A model generated the notes under the pieces. It did no database searches. It was not told the origin of the DNA and was given only the letters and a program-made list of their open reading frames with translations. A stretch of DNA of 64,000 nt from an uncultured Porphyromonas sp. (GTDB lineage: Bacteria > Bacteroidota > Bacteroidia > Bacteroidales > Porphyromonadaceae), in the NCBI RefSeq assembly GCF_900538385.1, contig NZ_UWSO01000004.1, one strand, 5' to 3'. The first letter of the stretch is position 1. Each line of letters begins with the position of its first letter. The position numbers and the translations under genes are program-made. Positions 29,935-37,973 of this stretch are shown piece by piece.

Positions 29935-30073
29935 GTAACCCGCTGTAGGGACGCACGGTCTGTGCGTCCGTTGTATCAAAGGTTACAGCATCAAGATTGT
30001 TATCCGTTTTGGCTGGTTCGACAACGGACGCCATCCCACTAGACACGAGCCGAGAGTCCCTACAGCGGGTTAC
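29935..30073. repeat. family B palindromic MITE-like element copy 1
   Basis: Terminal inverted repeats gtaacccgctgtaggga / tccctacagcgggttac flank the internal palindromes gacgcacggtctgtgcgtc and tccgttg...caacgga. Copies lie at 52929, 55166 and 63311. Confidence 0.75.
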
Positions 30074-30107
30074 TCGTCTCATCAAGCCACACGGCTTCAT
30101 CTAGAAA

Positions 30108-30155
30108 AGTATCGAGGGGCGAAGATTCAGATATTTATTGTACCTTTGCCCCTCG
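30108..30155 (+). promoter_or_regulatory. Bacteroidetes-type promoter (-7 box) about 190 nt upstream of rpmE2
   Basis: 'atttattgTACCTTTGc' at 30141..30148. Confidence 0.4.
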
Positions 30156-30330
30156 AAGCTTGTCTCCCCAAGTGTGAGCAGCTCACCGATTGCTACTTGA
30201 TCGGGACAAGCCCTTGCGGTATCCACGTGGTGCTAGACGATAGGATAGACCTTCGGTAGCCCTTTTGCCACCTGATGAAAGGAGAGCCACGCCCCTGCAA
30301 GATTATTAACTACTTAAACGCATCAAAGCA

Positions 30331-30594
30331 ATGAAAAAGGATCTACATCCTGAGAATTACCGTCCAGTGGCATTCAAAGATATGTCCAACGACGAAGTCT
30401 TCATCACGAAGAGTACCGCCAACGCTAAGGAGACCATCGAGATCGATGGCGAGACCTATCCGCTCATCAAGATAGAGATCTCCAACACGTCTCACCCCTT
30501 CTACACGGGCAAGGCTAAGCTCGTCGATACAGCAGGACGTGTTGATAAGTTCATGAGCCGTTACGGCAATCGTGGCAAGAAGGCTGACAAGTAA
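30331..30594 (+). CDS. rpmE2: 50S ribosomal protein L31, type B (zinc-independent)
   Basis: 87 aa. The sequence 'MKKDLHPENYRPV...HPFYTGK' is present and the CxxC zinc ribbon is absent. Confidence 0.9.
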   Translation: MKKDLHPENYRPVAFKDMSNDEVFITKSTANAKETIEIDGETYPLIKIEISNTSHPFYTGKAKLVDTAGRVDKFMSRYGNRGKKADK

Positions 30595-30828
30595 GCCACA
30601 CATCGGAGTCTGAGAGCGCTGACCTGCGACTCTCGTCCCCTACTAAATGACAAAGCACGCTACACACCCTCATCGGTGCGTAGCGTGCTTTTCGTATATG
30701 GCAGCTTTGTGCAACAAGCTCATAAAGCAACTGCCGTGCTATCCTTCATCTCCGTCTCACTCTCCACAGTCACAGCGGACGGACAACAAAAAAGACGCAC
30801 CCCAAAGAAAGGATACGTCTATCGTTAG

Positions 30829-30900
<72 letters not shown>

Positions 30901-31035
30901 ATCGTTTGCATCTGCAAAGGTACGAAGAATATCTGAGACCACCAAACACCCACAAATGCAACCACTCCATACGTTCGCATCTATTCTCTACAAAGAAGAT
31001 ATAGGCGCCAAAGCTGAACCTAGCGAAGGTACAAA

Positions 31036-31926
31036 CTACTGATAGTAGTCTGCAGGGTTAAATCCTTTCTTGCTAATAGGAATACGCATCGCAACGAGAG
31101 TTCCTCGAACGCCTATATTGGTAGGAAGCCCCATAATGCGCTCTCCCTTAGGGTTGCTCACGAAAAGGGCACAGCCCGAGTAAATTAAAAACTCTCCACC
31201 GAGACCCTTTACTAGCATTTTTCTTGAAGTGCGAATACCAAAGCCTCGATTCTCTGCTTCCGGGAGGTTTTTTGTAGATATATGGTCGTTTATGACAGCT
31301 TCCATAGCCTCTACGTCGGTATTGGTCTCATTCATGCGCCCAGCCTCTCTAAAGCTACCTATCAACGAGATGCCATTGTCAAAGATAGACAAATCTACAT
31401 AACCCAATCTAGAATAGGCTTGACAACTTATATATCCACTCTTAGAGTATGCGTGCTCGAAAATGTTGTCAATGACCTCTGACACCATATAAGTTAGAGC
31501 CATATGTGTCTCTGTAGGCAAACTTGCTCGCCTTTTCAGAAACTCTGCAACGTTGGAGCCTATATGAGCCCCTCTCTGCATGCCTAGACCTTCTGTTGTA
31601 AATCGGAGTATTGGAAGGTATGTCTTATTTTCAAAAGCTCTAAAGCAATCACTTGTAGCTTCGGGCGAATCCAACTGTAGACCATAGCTATCGAAATGAA
31701 CAGTACTTAGATAATTGTTTGCCGTTAAGTTGACCTTCTTATTTACCGATAGAAGCTTGATCAGTACAGCACTCATGAAAAGAGGCGTCACAAAGATGGA
31801 CTCTCCAAAGCAAAGGGTAATCTCATCGTCAGAGCTCTGCTCTATCTGCGCAATAATCTTGACGGCCTCCTCCAGCCCGTTTAAAAACACAGAGGAGACA
31901 CTCTTGACATAACTGATCTGCATCAA
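31036..31926 (-). CDS. GHKL (histidine-kinase-like) ATPase domain protein with an uncharacterised N-terminal domain
   Basis: N-box 'EVIDNIFEHA', G1 'FDNGISL' and G2 'NRGFGIRTSRKMLVKGLGGEF'. There is no HisKA/DHp domain. GC is lower than in the flanks. It overlaps the downstream STAS-like gene by 4 nt. Confidence 0.6.
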   Translation of the reverse strand: MMQISYVKSVSSVFLNGLEEAVKIIAQIEQSSDDEITLCFGESIFVTPLFMSAVLIKLLSVNKKVNLTANNYLSTVHFDSYGLQLDSPEATSDCFRAFENKTYLPILRFTTEGLGMQRGAHIGSNVAEFLKRRASLPTETHMALTYMVSEVIDNIFEHAYSKSGYISCQAYSRLGYVDLSIFDNGISLIGSFREAGRMNETNTDVEAMEAVINDHISTKNLPEAENRGFGIRTSRKMLVKGLGGEFLIYSGCALFVSNPKGERIMGLPTNIGVRGTLVAMRIPISKKGFNPADYYQ

Positions 31927-32288
31927 AAGGTATAAGCTAGCTGATCAAGGACTTCTTCCACTGCCTGAACACTTCCGAGGGTAATCGTTTTGACTTTGCT
32001 TGACGCCCTTTTAGCGATCTTGCCCTGCGTTTGCTTTACAGCATTCCAAACCTCTAAAACTGCAGGCTCAAGATTGACGTATTGCACGCGATCGTTGCCT
32101 AAGGTCTCTGAGTTGTACAGCTCATCCATAAAGCTACGACTAGCAAACGTGACATCAGAAAAATCTATGACAACAGACTCGCCGTCTCTCCTAGCGACCT
32201 CCTCTTCCAAGAGGCTCACGCTCTTACGAGACACTAGGGTAGTCCCCAGATCTCTAGCTACTAATATGATAGTCTGAGATGTTTTCAT
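31923..32288 (-). CDS. STAS-like small protein (DUF4325-like anti-sigma-antagonist fold)
   Basis: 121 aa. The 'VVIDFSDVTFASRSFMDEL' segment fits the STAS/SpoIIAA-like core. It is translationally coupled to the GHKL ATPase. Confidence 0.5.
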   Translation of the reverse strand: MKTSQTIILVARDLGTTLVSRKSVSLLEEEVARRDGESVVIDFSDVTFASRSFMDELYNSETLGNDRVQYVNLEPAVLEVWNAVKQTQGKIAKRASSKVKTITLGSVQAVEEVLDQLAYTF

Positions 32289-32493
32289 AGAGTCTTGTGG
32301 TCTAACTTGTATAGTCTTCGTTTATCTTTACTAGAACAAAGGTAAACAAACAAACTATCAAATACAAGAACTAGACCTAGCTCAAGTTGCACGGAAGGGG
32401 TTGTATAATTGTTACTCCTAGTGAGCAGTCGGGTTGGGGGAATATACTTTGTGCCCTACAAATCAAAATCCGACACGTTCACCAATGGTCCTT

Positions 32494-33273
32494 TTACGAC
32501 TCTTCGTAGAGCGCGAGGGTGAGGGTATCGCCGTCCCAGCGAGCGTAAGAGTTGTAATGGATCCAGTCGCCGAGGATGATGCAGCGACGATCGTCGGGGA
32601 GCGATAGATTGAGCAGCAGGTGGCGGTGACCATATATATAGTAGTCTATCTCGGGGTCCTGCGGGATCAGCTCTTTGGTGTACTGCACGAGCCACTCGTC
32701 TCGCTCTACATTCATCTGCGGATTGTGCCCAGGTCGTGACGGATCGTCGGCAGCTCGCATCTGTCGCAGGCGGTTGCGGTAAGCCCACCGCTGTGCGAAG
32801 CCGACGGTCCAGCGAGGGTGAATCGCAGCATAGAGACACCGTGCCAGACGACTCTCGAAGGTGCCAAAGAGCCACCGCTCCTTCTTGTAGCGTAGGGCAT
32901 ACTCCCGATGTCCGTGTGACAGGCGGAAGGTGCGTCCTTTGAGCTGGCAGACGACCGTGTCGCGATGCACGATGACGCCTAGCTCCTTGGTAAAGTAGTC
33001 GGTGAGCCAGAGGTCGTGATTGCCCATAATGTAGTGCACCTCGACACCTCGCTCCACGAGGTCTGCCAGAGCAGCGAGGAAGCGTACCGCCCCCCTTGGC
33101 ACGACATACTTGTAGTCAAACCAGTAGTCGAGCATATCGCCCAGCAGGTAGACCGCCTCGGCGTCGTCCGCTATGGAGCGTAGCCAGGCGACCAGTCGTA
33201 GTTCAGCACGCCTAGGATCGTCGTGGTAGGGCGACCCTAGGTGTGCATCGGAGAGAAAGTATATAGCTCCCAT
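32494..33273 (-). CDS. lpxH: UDP-2,3-diacylglucosamine pyrophosphatase (calcineurin-like metallophosphoesterase)
   Basis: Motifs 'FLSDAHLG', 'LLGDMLDYW', 'GNHD', 'SHGH' and 'GHRH' appear in LpxH order. Confidence 0.7.
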   Translation of the reverse strand: MGAIYFLSDAHLGSPYHDDPRRAELRLVAWLRSIADDAEAVYLLGDMLDYWFDYKYVVPRGAVRFLAALADLVERGVEVHYIMGNHDLWLTDYFTKELGVIVHRDTVVCQLKGRTFRLSHGHREYALRYKKERWLFGTFESRLARCLYAAIHPRWTVGFAQRWAYRNRLRQMRAADDPSRPGHNPQMNVERDEWLVQYTKELIPQDPEIDYYIYGHRHLLLNLSLPDDRRCIILGDWIHYNSYARWDGDTLTLALYEES

Positions 33274-33299
33274 AGGTAGGGTGTCAGCAACGCTTTGCC

Positions 33300-33614
33300 C
33301 TAGAGGAAGCCCAGCTCCAGCTGTGCCTCTTCGGACATCATCGAGCTATCCCACGGTGGGTCGAAGGTGAGCTCGATGTCACACCGCTTGACGCCTTTGA
33401 TGCTCTCGACCTTGATCTGTACATCCTGTAGGATAAAGTCTGCGGCCGGGCAATTGGGCGCCGTGAGTGTCATCGTGATCACCACCTTAGCTTCCTCCTC
33501 CTGTACATCCACATTGTAGATGAGACCTAGGTCGTAGATATTGACAGGGATCTCAGGGTCGTAGACGGTGCGGAGCATCTTGACGATCTGCTCCTCTAGT
33601 TGTAGTGTCTCCAT
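33300..33614 (-). CDS. DUF59/MIP18-family Fe-S cluster assembly protein (SufT-like)
   Basis: 104 aa with 'VYDPEIPVNIYDLGLIY...TLTAPNCPAADFI'. Confidence 0.75.
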   Translation of the reverse strand: METLQLEEQIVKMLRTVYDPEIPVNIYDLGLIYNVDVQEEEAKVVITMTLTAPNCPAADFILQDVQIKVESIKGVKRCDIELTFDPPWDSSMMSEEAQLELGFL

Positions 33615-33620
33615 AGGCAG

Positions 33621-35783
33621 TTACTTAACAAGGTTCATCTCGTCGAGCAGACGCTGGCAGTGACCATACTTGTCGACCAGCATGAGGAGGTAACGAATGT
33701 CTAGGATAATGCTTCTCTGGTAGTCTGGCAGGTACTCGATGTCGCCACCGACGCCCTCCCAGTTGCGGTCAAAGTTCAGTCCAATGAGGCGCCCCTTGCT
33801 GTCGAAGACCGGGCTACCCGAGTTACCGCCCGTCGTGTGGGTCGTAGCGCAGAAGTTGACCGGCATCTCGCCATTCGGTATCGCATAGACACCATAGTCC
33901 TTCTGCTTGTAGATCTCTTTGATCTGGTCAGGCAGGGCAAACTCCCAGCTGTTGGGGTCTTCCTTTTCCATCACACCCGTGAGGGTCGTCTGATGGCCGT
34001 AGTAGACGTTGTCGCGAGGAGTATAGCCACGCACATTACCGTAGGTAAAGCGGAGCGTCAGGTTAGCATCGGGCCACACCTTGCGCGCACCCTGCATATC
34101 CATCGCACCACGCACATAGTCTCTGTGAGCCAGCTTGATCGGATCATCGTAAGCAGCCTGCTGCTCACGCATCTGGACAAAGAGATTGATGGTCGATGCG
34201 GCAAACTGCATCATCGGATCGTTCAAGAGCTGCTCACGTGAGGGAGTCTTGAGGAAAGCGTCGAAGCGTGCTGGATCAGCAAAGATCGAGCTGTCGAAGA
34301 GATGAGCCACATACGCCTGTACCGAGTGATACTGAGCCACGCCCTCACGAAGAGCTTCTGGCCAGTGCGCCTCATCGATACGCTCCGTGTAGCGCTGCAG
34401 GAGTACTGTCGCGACCTCCTTGTCGACCGTTGGATCGTAGTCCTTATTATAGAAGGCAGCGTAGCCACTACGCAGCTCGCTAATGATCTCCTCGCGCACC
34501 TTCGGGTCACTCCACTGCTGGAGCTTCTTACCGTCAACTAGCGGTATCTGTAGGAACTCGATCGGCGTCAGGATACCCTCCATGAGGTACCACTGCACAC
34601 GACGAGCCTCCCGACGCGCAGCGACACAGTCAGCGATCGTCTGGATAGCTTTGGTCACCTCGGGGCGGTTGTTGGCCTTAGCCCAGCTAGCCAACTCATC
34701 CTGCTGCGCACGCTTGGTCGCTTGTAGGTTACGGGTACGGATTGCCCAGTTGGCACCTTGAGCGCGCTTGTAGCCATTCTGCGAGTAAGCGTACTTAGCA
34801 GCGTACTGTATGTTGACCTTCTCGTCAGCGAGCATACGACGCAGCATCACCTCCTGACGCAGGCCACGCATCTCGATACGTATGTTATTGTCTATCTCAG
34901 ACCACTCGTCCACTTGCGCCTCTGTGAAGAAGTGATTGGTCGTGCCGGGGAAGCCCATGATCAGCGCAAAGTCGTCACGCTGCACGCCTGAAGTAGAGAC
35001 TGCGGCAAAACGCTCTGGCTTATAAGGCACATTGTCGGCACTGTAGTCGGCTGGATTGTTGTTCTTGTCCACATAGACACGGAATATAGAGAAGTCTCCC
35101 GTGTGGCGAGGCCACATCCAGTTGTCCGTGTCGGAGCCATACTTACCAATAGCGCTGGGCGGAGCCGCTACAAGCCGTACGTCGGTAAAGACCTTCTTGG
35201 TAAAGAGGTAGTAGCGGTTGCCCCCGTAGAAAGGCTTCAGCTCGTAACGTATGCCAGGCTGCTTCATTGCCTCCTCACCAACGATCGCAGGGATCATCTT
35301 GGTGAGCGTTGCAATGGAGAATGCCGCCATCGGATCCTCCTTGTAGGGAGACTCCTGGAGTAGCTTATTCACCTGGTCGGTCACGTTGGTGATCTTATCG
35401 ATCGAGATCACCTCCAATCCAGGACAGGGCAGCTCCTCACGCATCGACTGCGTCCAGATGCCGTCACGCAGATAGTTGTGCTCTACGGCTGAATGGCTCT
35501 GTATCTGATCGTAACCACAGTGGTGGTTGGTCAAAACGAGGCCTTGGTCCGAGACGAAGACGCCTGAGCAGCCCCCGTCAAACATCACGACCGCCCGCTG
35601 CAAGCAAGGGCCGTCGGGATTGTATATCTCCTCCACAGGGATCTGTAGCCCCTTAGCTCGGAGTTCGTCAGCTTGGTCAGCCATCTGCTCCAGTAGCCAC
35701 ATACCGCCATCGGCCAGTGCTACGGCCGAGAGGGTGAGACTGGTAAGCAGGAGTAGGAGTACTCTTCTTAGGTGAGTTGTCAT
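33621..35783 (-). CDS. dpp11: S46-family dipeptidyl-peptidase, DPP11-like (predicted acidic P1 specificity)
   Basis: 720 aa with a signal peptide. Catalytic motifs are 'LTNHHC' (His) and 'GGNSGSPV' (Ser). An Arg sits 18 residues after the catalytic Ser ('FDRNWE'), the position that separates Asp/Glu-specific DPP11 from DPP7, which has Gly there. Confidence 0.75.
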   Translation of the reverse strand: MTTHLRRVLLLLLTSLTLSAVALADGGMWLLEQMADQADELRAKGLQIPVEEIYNPDGPCLQRAVVMFDGGCSGVFVSDQGLVLTNHHCGYDQIQSHSAVEHNYLRDGIWTQSMREELPCPGLEVISIDKITNVTDQVNKLLQESPYKEDPMAAFSIATLTKMIPAIVGEEAMKQPGIRYELKPFYGGNRYYLFTKKVFTDVRLVAAPPSAIGKYGSDTDNWMWPRHTGDFSIFRVYVDKNNNPADYSADNVPYKPERFAAVSTSGVQRDDFALIMGFPGTTNHFFTEAQVDEWSEIDNNIRIEMRGLRQEVMLRRMLADEKVNIQYAAKYAYSQNGYKRAQGANWAIRTRNLQATKRAQQDELASWAKANNRPEVTKAIQTIADCVAARREARRVQWYLMEGILTPIEFLQIPLVDGKKLQQWSDPKVREEIISELRSGYAAFYNKDYDPTVDKEVATVLLQRYTERIDEAHWPEALREGVAQYHSVQAYVAHLFDSSIFADPARFDAFLKTPSREQLLNDPMMQFAASTINLFVQMREQQAAYDDPIKLAHRDYVRGAMDMQGARKVWPDANLTLRFTYGNVRGYTPRDNVYYGHQTTLTGVMEKEDPNSWEFALPDQIKEIYKQKDYGVYAIPNGEMPVNFCATTHTTGGNSGSPVFDSKGRLIGLNFDRNWEGVGGDIEYLPDYQRSIILDIRYLLMLVDKYGHCQRLLDEMNLVK

Positions 35784-35819
35784 AGGTAGTTATCTTTATA
35801 TAGTGTATTATTGATTCTC

Positions 35820-36293
35820 TTAGGTAGTGGGTGGTGGCGCCAGCTCTTGCGCTAGCATAGCGTTGTAGTAGCGTGGGTCGCCCGTCACCTCACGCCCCAG
35901 CCAGGTGGGTAACGCAGGGCAATCTGTCGGGCTCGTCAGCTCCACCTCTGCCATGACCAAGCCTTCTAGTCGCCCGACGAAGCGGTCTACCTCCCACACG
36001 AAGCCCTCGTAAGGCACGTAGTAGCGCACCTTCTCGAGGCTACTGCTAGCACACTGGCGCAACATCTCCTCAGCATCAGCGACAGGGATCGGGTACTCCC
36101 ACTCGGAGCGGATCAGTCCGTCGGGGGTGGAGCATCCCTTGATGGTAAGTCTCGCCTCCTCGTCGATGATGCGCACCCGCACCGTCACCCGTCCGTCTGC
36201 TGTCAGATAGCCCTGACGGATATGGTGGCGGTGAGACGCCTCTCGGAGGTAGTCATCACGACAGACGAGGTACTTGCGCTCGATCTCTAACAC
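35820..36293 (-). CDS. CYTH-domain protein (triphosphate tunnel metalloenzyme / CyaB-ThTPase family)
   Basis: The N-terminal 'EIERKYLV' signature and a 157-aa size fit the family. Confidence 0.75.
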   Translation of the reverse strand: MLEIERKYLVCRDDYLREASHRHHIRQGYLTADGRVTVRVRIIDEEARLTIKGCSTPDGLIRSEWEYPIPVADAEEMLRQCASSSLEKVRYYVPYEGFVWEVDRFVGRLEGLVMAEVELTSPTDCPALPTWLGREVTGDPRYYNAMLAQELAPPPTT

Positions 36294-36303
36294 GATGTTG
36301 TCG

Positions 36304-37569
36304 TTACTTTGCTGAAATGGTAACTTCGATAGCGCCCATCGGGAAGCCGTCGAACGTGACGTCTCGATACTGCACCATCGGGTAGTCCTGCTCGATGCGG
36401 TTGATGATCAACTGATGCAGGACGCCCTGACCAGCCCCATGGATGAAGATCACCTTGCTACCACGACGATCGAGTCGCTTGTCTAGCTCACGGCGGAAGT
36501 TCTTCAGCTGATAGAGCAGCACCTCGTGCGGAGTCATCCCCGTAGCATTCGGGAGGATACGCTCCGCCTCTAGCCCCACCTTCTCGATGGTTTGCTCGGG
36601 CGTTGCTGGCGCAACTTGTGGAGCTGCTGGGGCCTCGGGACGCTTGGGCTCAGACTTAGTCTTAGCTGTACTCTTCTTTGTAGGCTTTTGCGGTGCCTTT
36701 TGCGGTGCCTTTTGTGTAGCTGTCGCCTGCTCCGCACGCTCGATAGCACGCTGCGGCAAAGCTCCTGAGCGACTAGGCGTTGGCAGTGGCTCCTCTGCAG
36801 GAGCTTGCTGGGTGCCATCGTACGCCTCTAGGACGGGGATCACAAGCGCATCCTCATCAAAGAAGGGGTTCTCACGAAAGGAGTGACGCTTCACCAGTTT
36901 GACCACATCAATCCGCACTTGACGCTCTACGGGTGGCATGGAGCGATATGTACGCTCAGGCTTGTAGGCGATAAACTGGAAGTGTGAGACGGCATGATCG
37001 TTGATCTCCGACGCGTCAAACTCCTCGACGAGCACCCGCATATCCGGCTCTAGGACGCCTGCTGAGCGGAGTTTGTAGCCTCCCGCTGAGGTTGTCGTGC
37101 TATAAGTGAAGAGGAGATGGTAGTTGCTCTCGTTGATCAGATAAGTTTCGTAGGGAGACTGTCCGAAGTGCTCGTACGATACAGGCAGATAGGCGACATG
37201 CACCTGTAGCTGCTCGCCTCCTGAGCGGTCAAACCAAGGGCCCTTGGAGAGAGGAGCCACAAAGCTCAAGTCTTGATCTGCGCTATCGACCACCTCTGGG
37301 GTGGCGGGAGTCGCAGTGGGCGTACTGCTTTTGTCTGGCTTTGCAGGCGGCTGCACTGCTGGCTCTTGTCGCTTCACTACGGGGGGTTTGTATGCTGGTA
37401 CGAAGGTGTCACGGCTGTCCACCACGACGCATTCATGTATCGGTGTGGGTAGCTCGAAGCCGTCGGGGCCCTCGACCCACGCCACGCCACGCTCGATGCG
37501 CTTGACGACACCACCGCCCGACGCATTGAGGTAGCGGATAGTGTCTCCTACTTTTATATTCTGTGCCAT
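36304..37569 (-). CDS. Smr-domain protein (DUF2027-like N-terminus, Pro/Ala/Lys-rich linker, C-terminal Smr nuclease-like domain)
   Basis: The C-terminal 'KVIFIHGAGQGVLHQLI' resembles the Smr LDLHG region. The central low-complexity 'QKAPQKAPQKP' is encoded by a 12-nt tandem repeat. Confidence 0.55.
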   Translation of the reverse strand: MAQNIKVGDTIRYLNASGGGVVKRIERGVAWVEGPDGFELPTPIHECVVVDSRDTFVPAYKPPVVKRQEPAVQPPAKPDKSSTPTATPATPEVVDSADQDLSFVAPLSKGPWFDRSGGEQLQVHVAYLPVSYEHFGQSPYETYLINESNYHLLFTYSTTTSAGGYKLRSAGVLEPDMRVLVEEFDASEINDHAVSHFQFIAYKPERTYRSMPPVERQVRIDVVKLVKRHSFRENPFFDEDALVIPVLEAYDGTQQAPAEEPLPTPSRSGALPQRAIERAEQATATQKAPQKAPQKPTKKSTAKTKSEPKRPEAPAAPQVAPATPEQTIEKVGLEAERILPNATGMTPHEVLLYQLKNFRRELDKRLDRRGSKVIFIHGAGQGVLHQLIINRIEQDYPMVQYRDVTFDGFPMGAIEVTISAK

Positions 37570-37640
37570 TGCTTATTTCTGTTTTCTATGCGAAGATACC
37601 AAAAATAGCCCAATCCGCTCACCTCATCGTCTTACGAAAA

Positions 37641-37766
37641 TTCCATTTCCTCCGGAGGAATCGAAAAGTTCCTCCCTTGGAACTAAAAAGTTCCTCCCTT
37701 GGAACTCGAAAGTTCCTGCCTTGGAACTAAAAAGTTCCAAGAGGGGAACCATTTTTGGAACTCGTA
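37641..37766 (+). repeat. tandem array of ~20-nt hairpin units, family A-like variant
   Basis: The palindrome 'ttcctccggaggaa' is followed by 3.5 copies of 'aaaagttcctcccttggaact', each unit an agttcc/ggaact inverted repeat. Confidence 0.6.
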
Positions 37767-37973
37767 TATATAACGAATTCAGCACGATACAAACGACCTA
37801 CACGAGTACCCCGCTCTATGGTGTCTCACAGATCAAGGTTTTAAGGGACGCTCGATCACCTTGTCCTCTCGATGAGAATGGGTACATTTGTGGTGCTGTA
37901 GCTCTACAAAACATGATGCTAGAGCGATCAATTTCTCAAACGCTCCGATGACACTAATCAAATCACATAGTAT

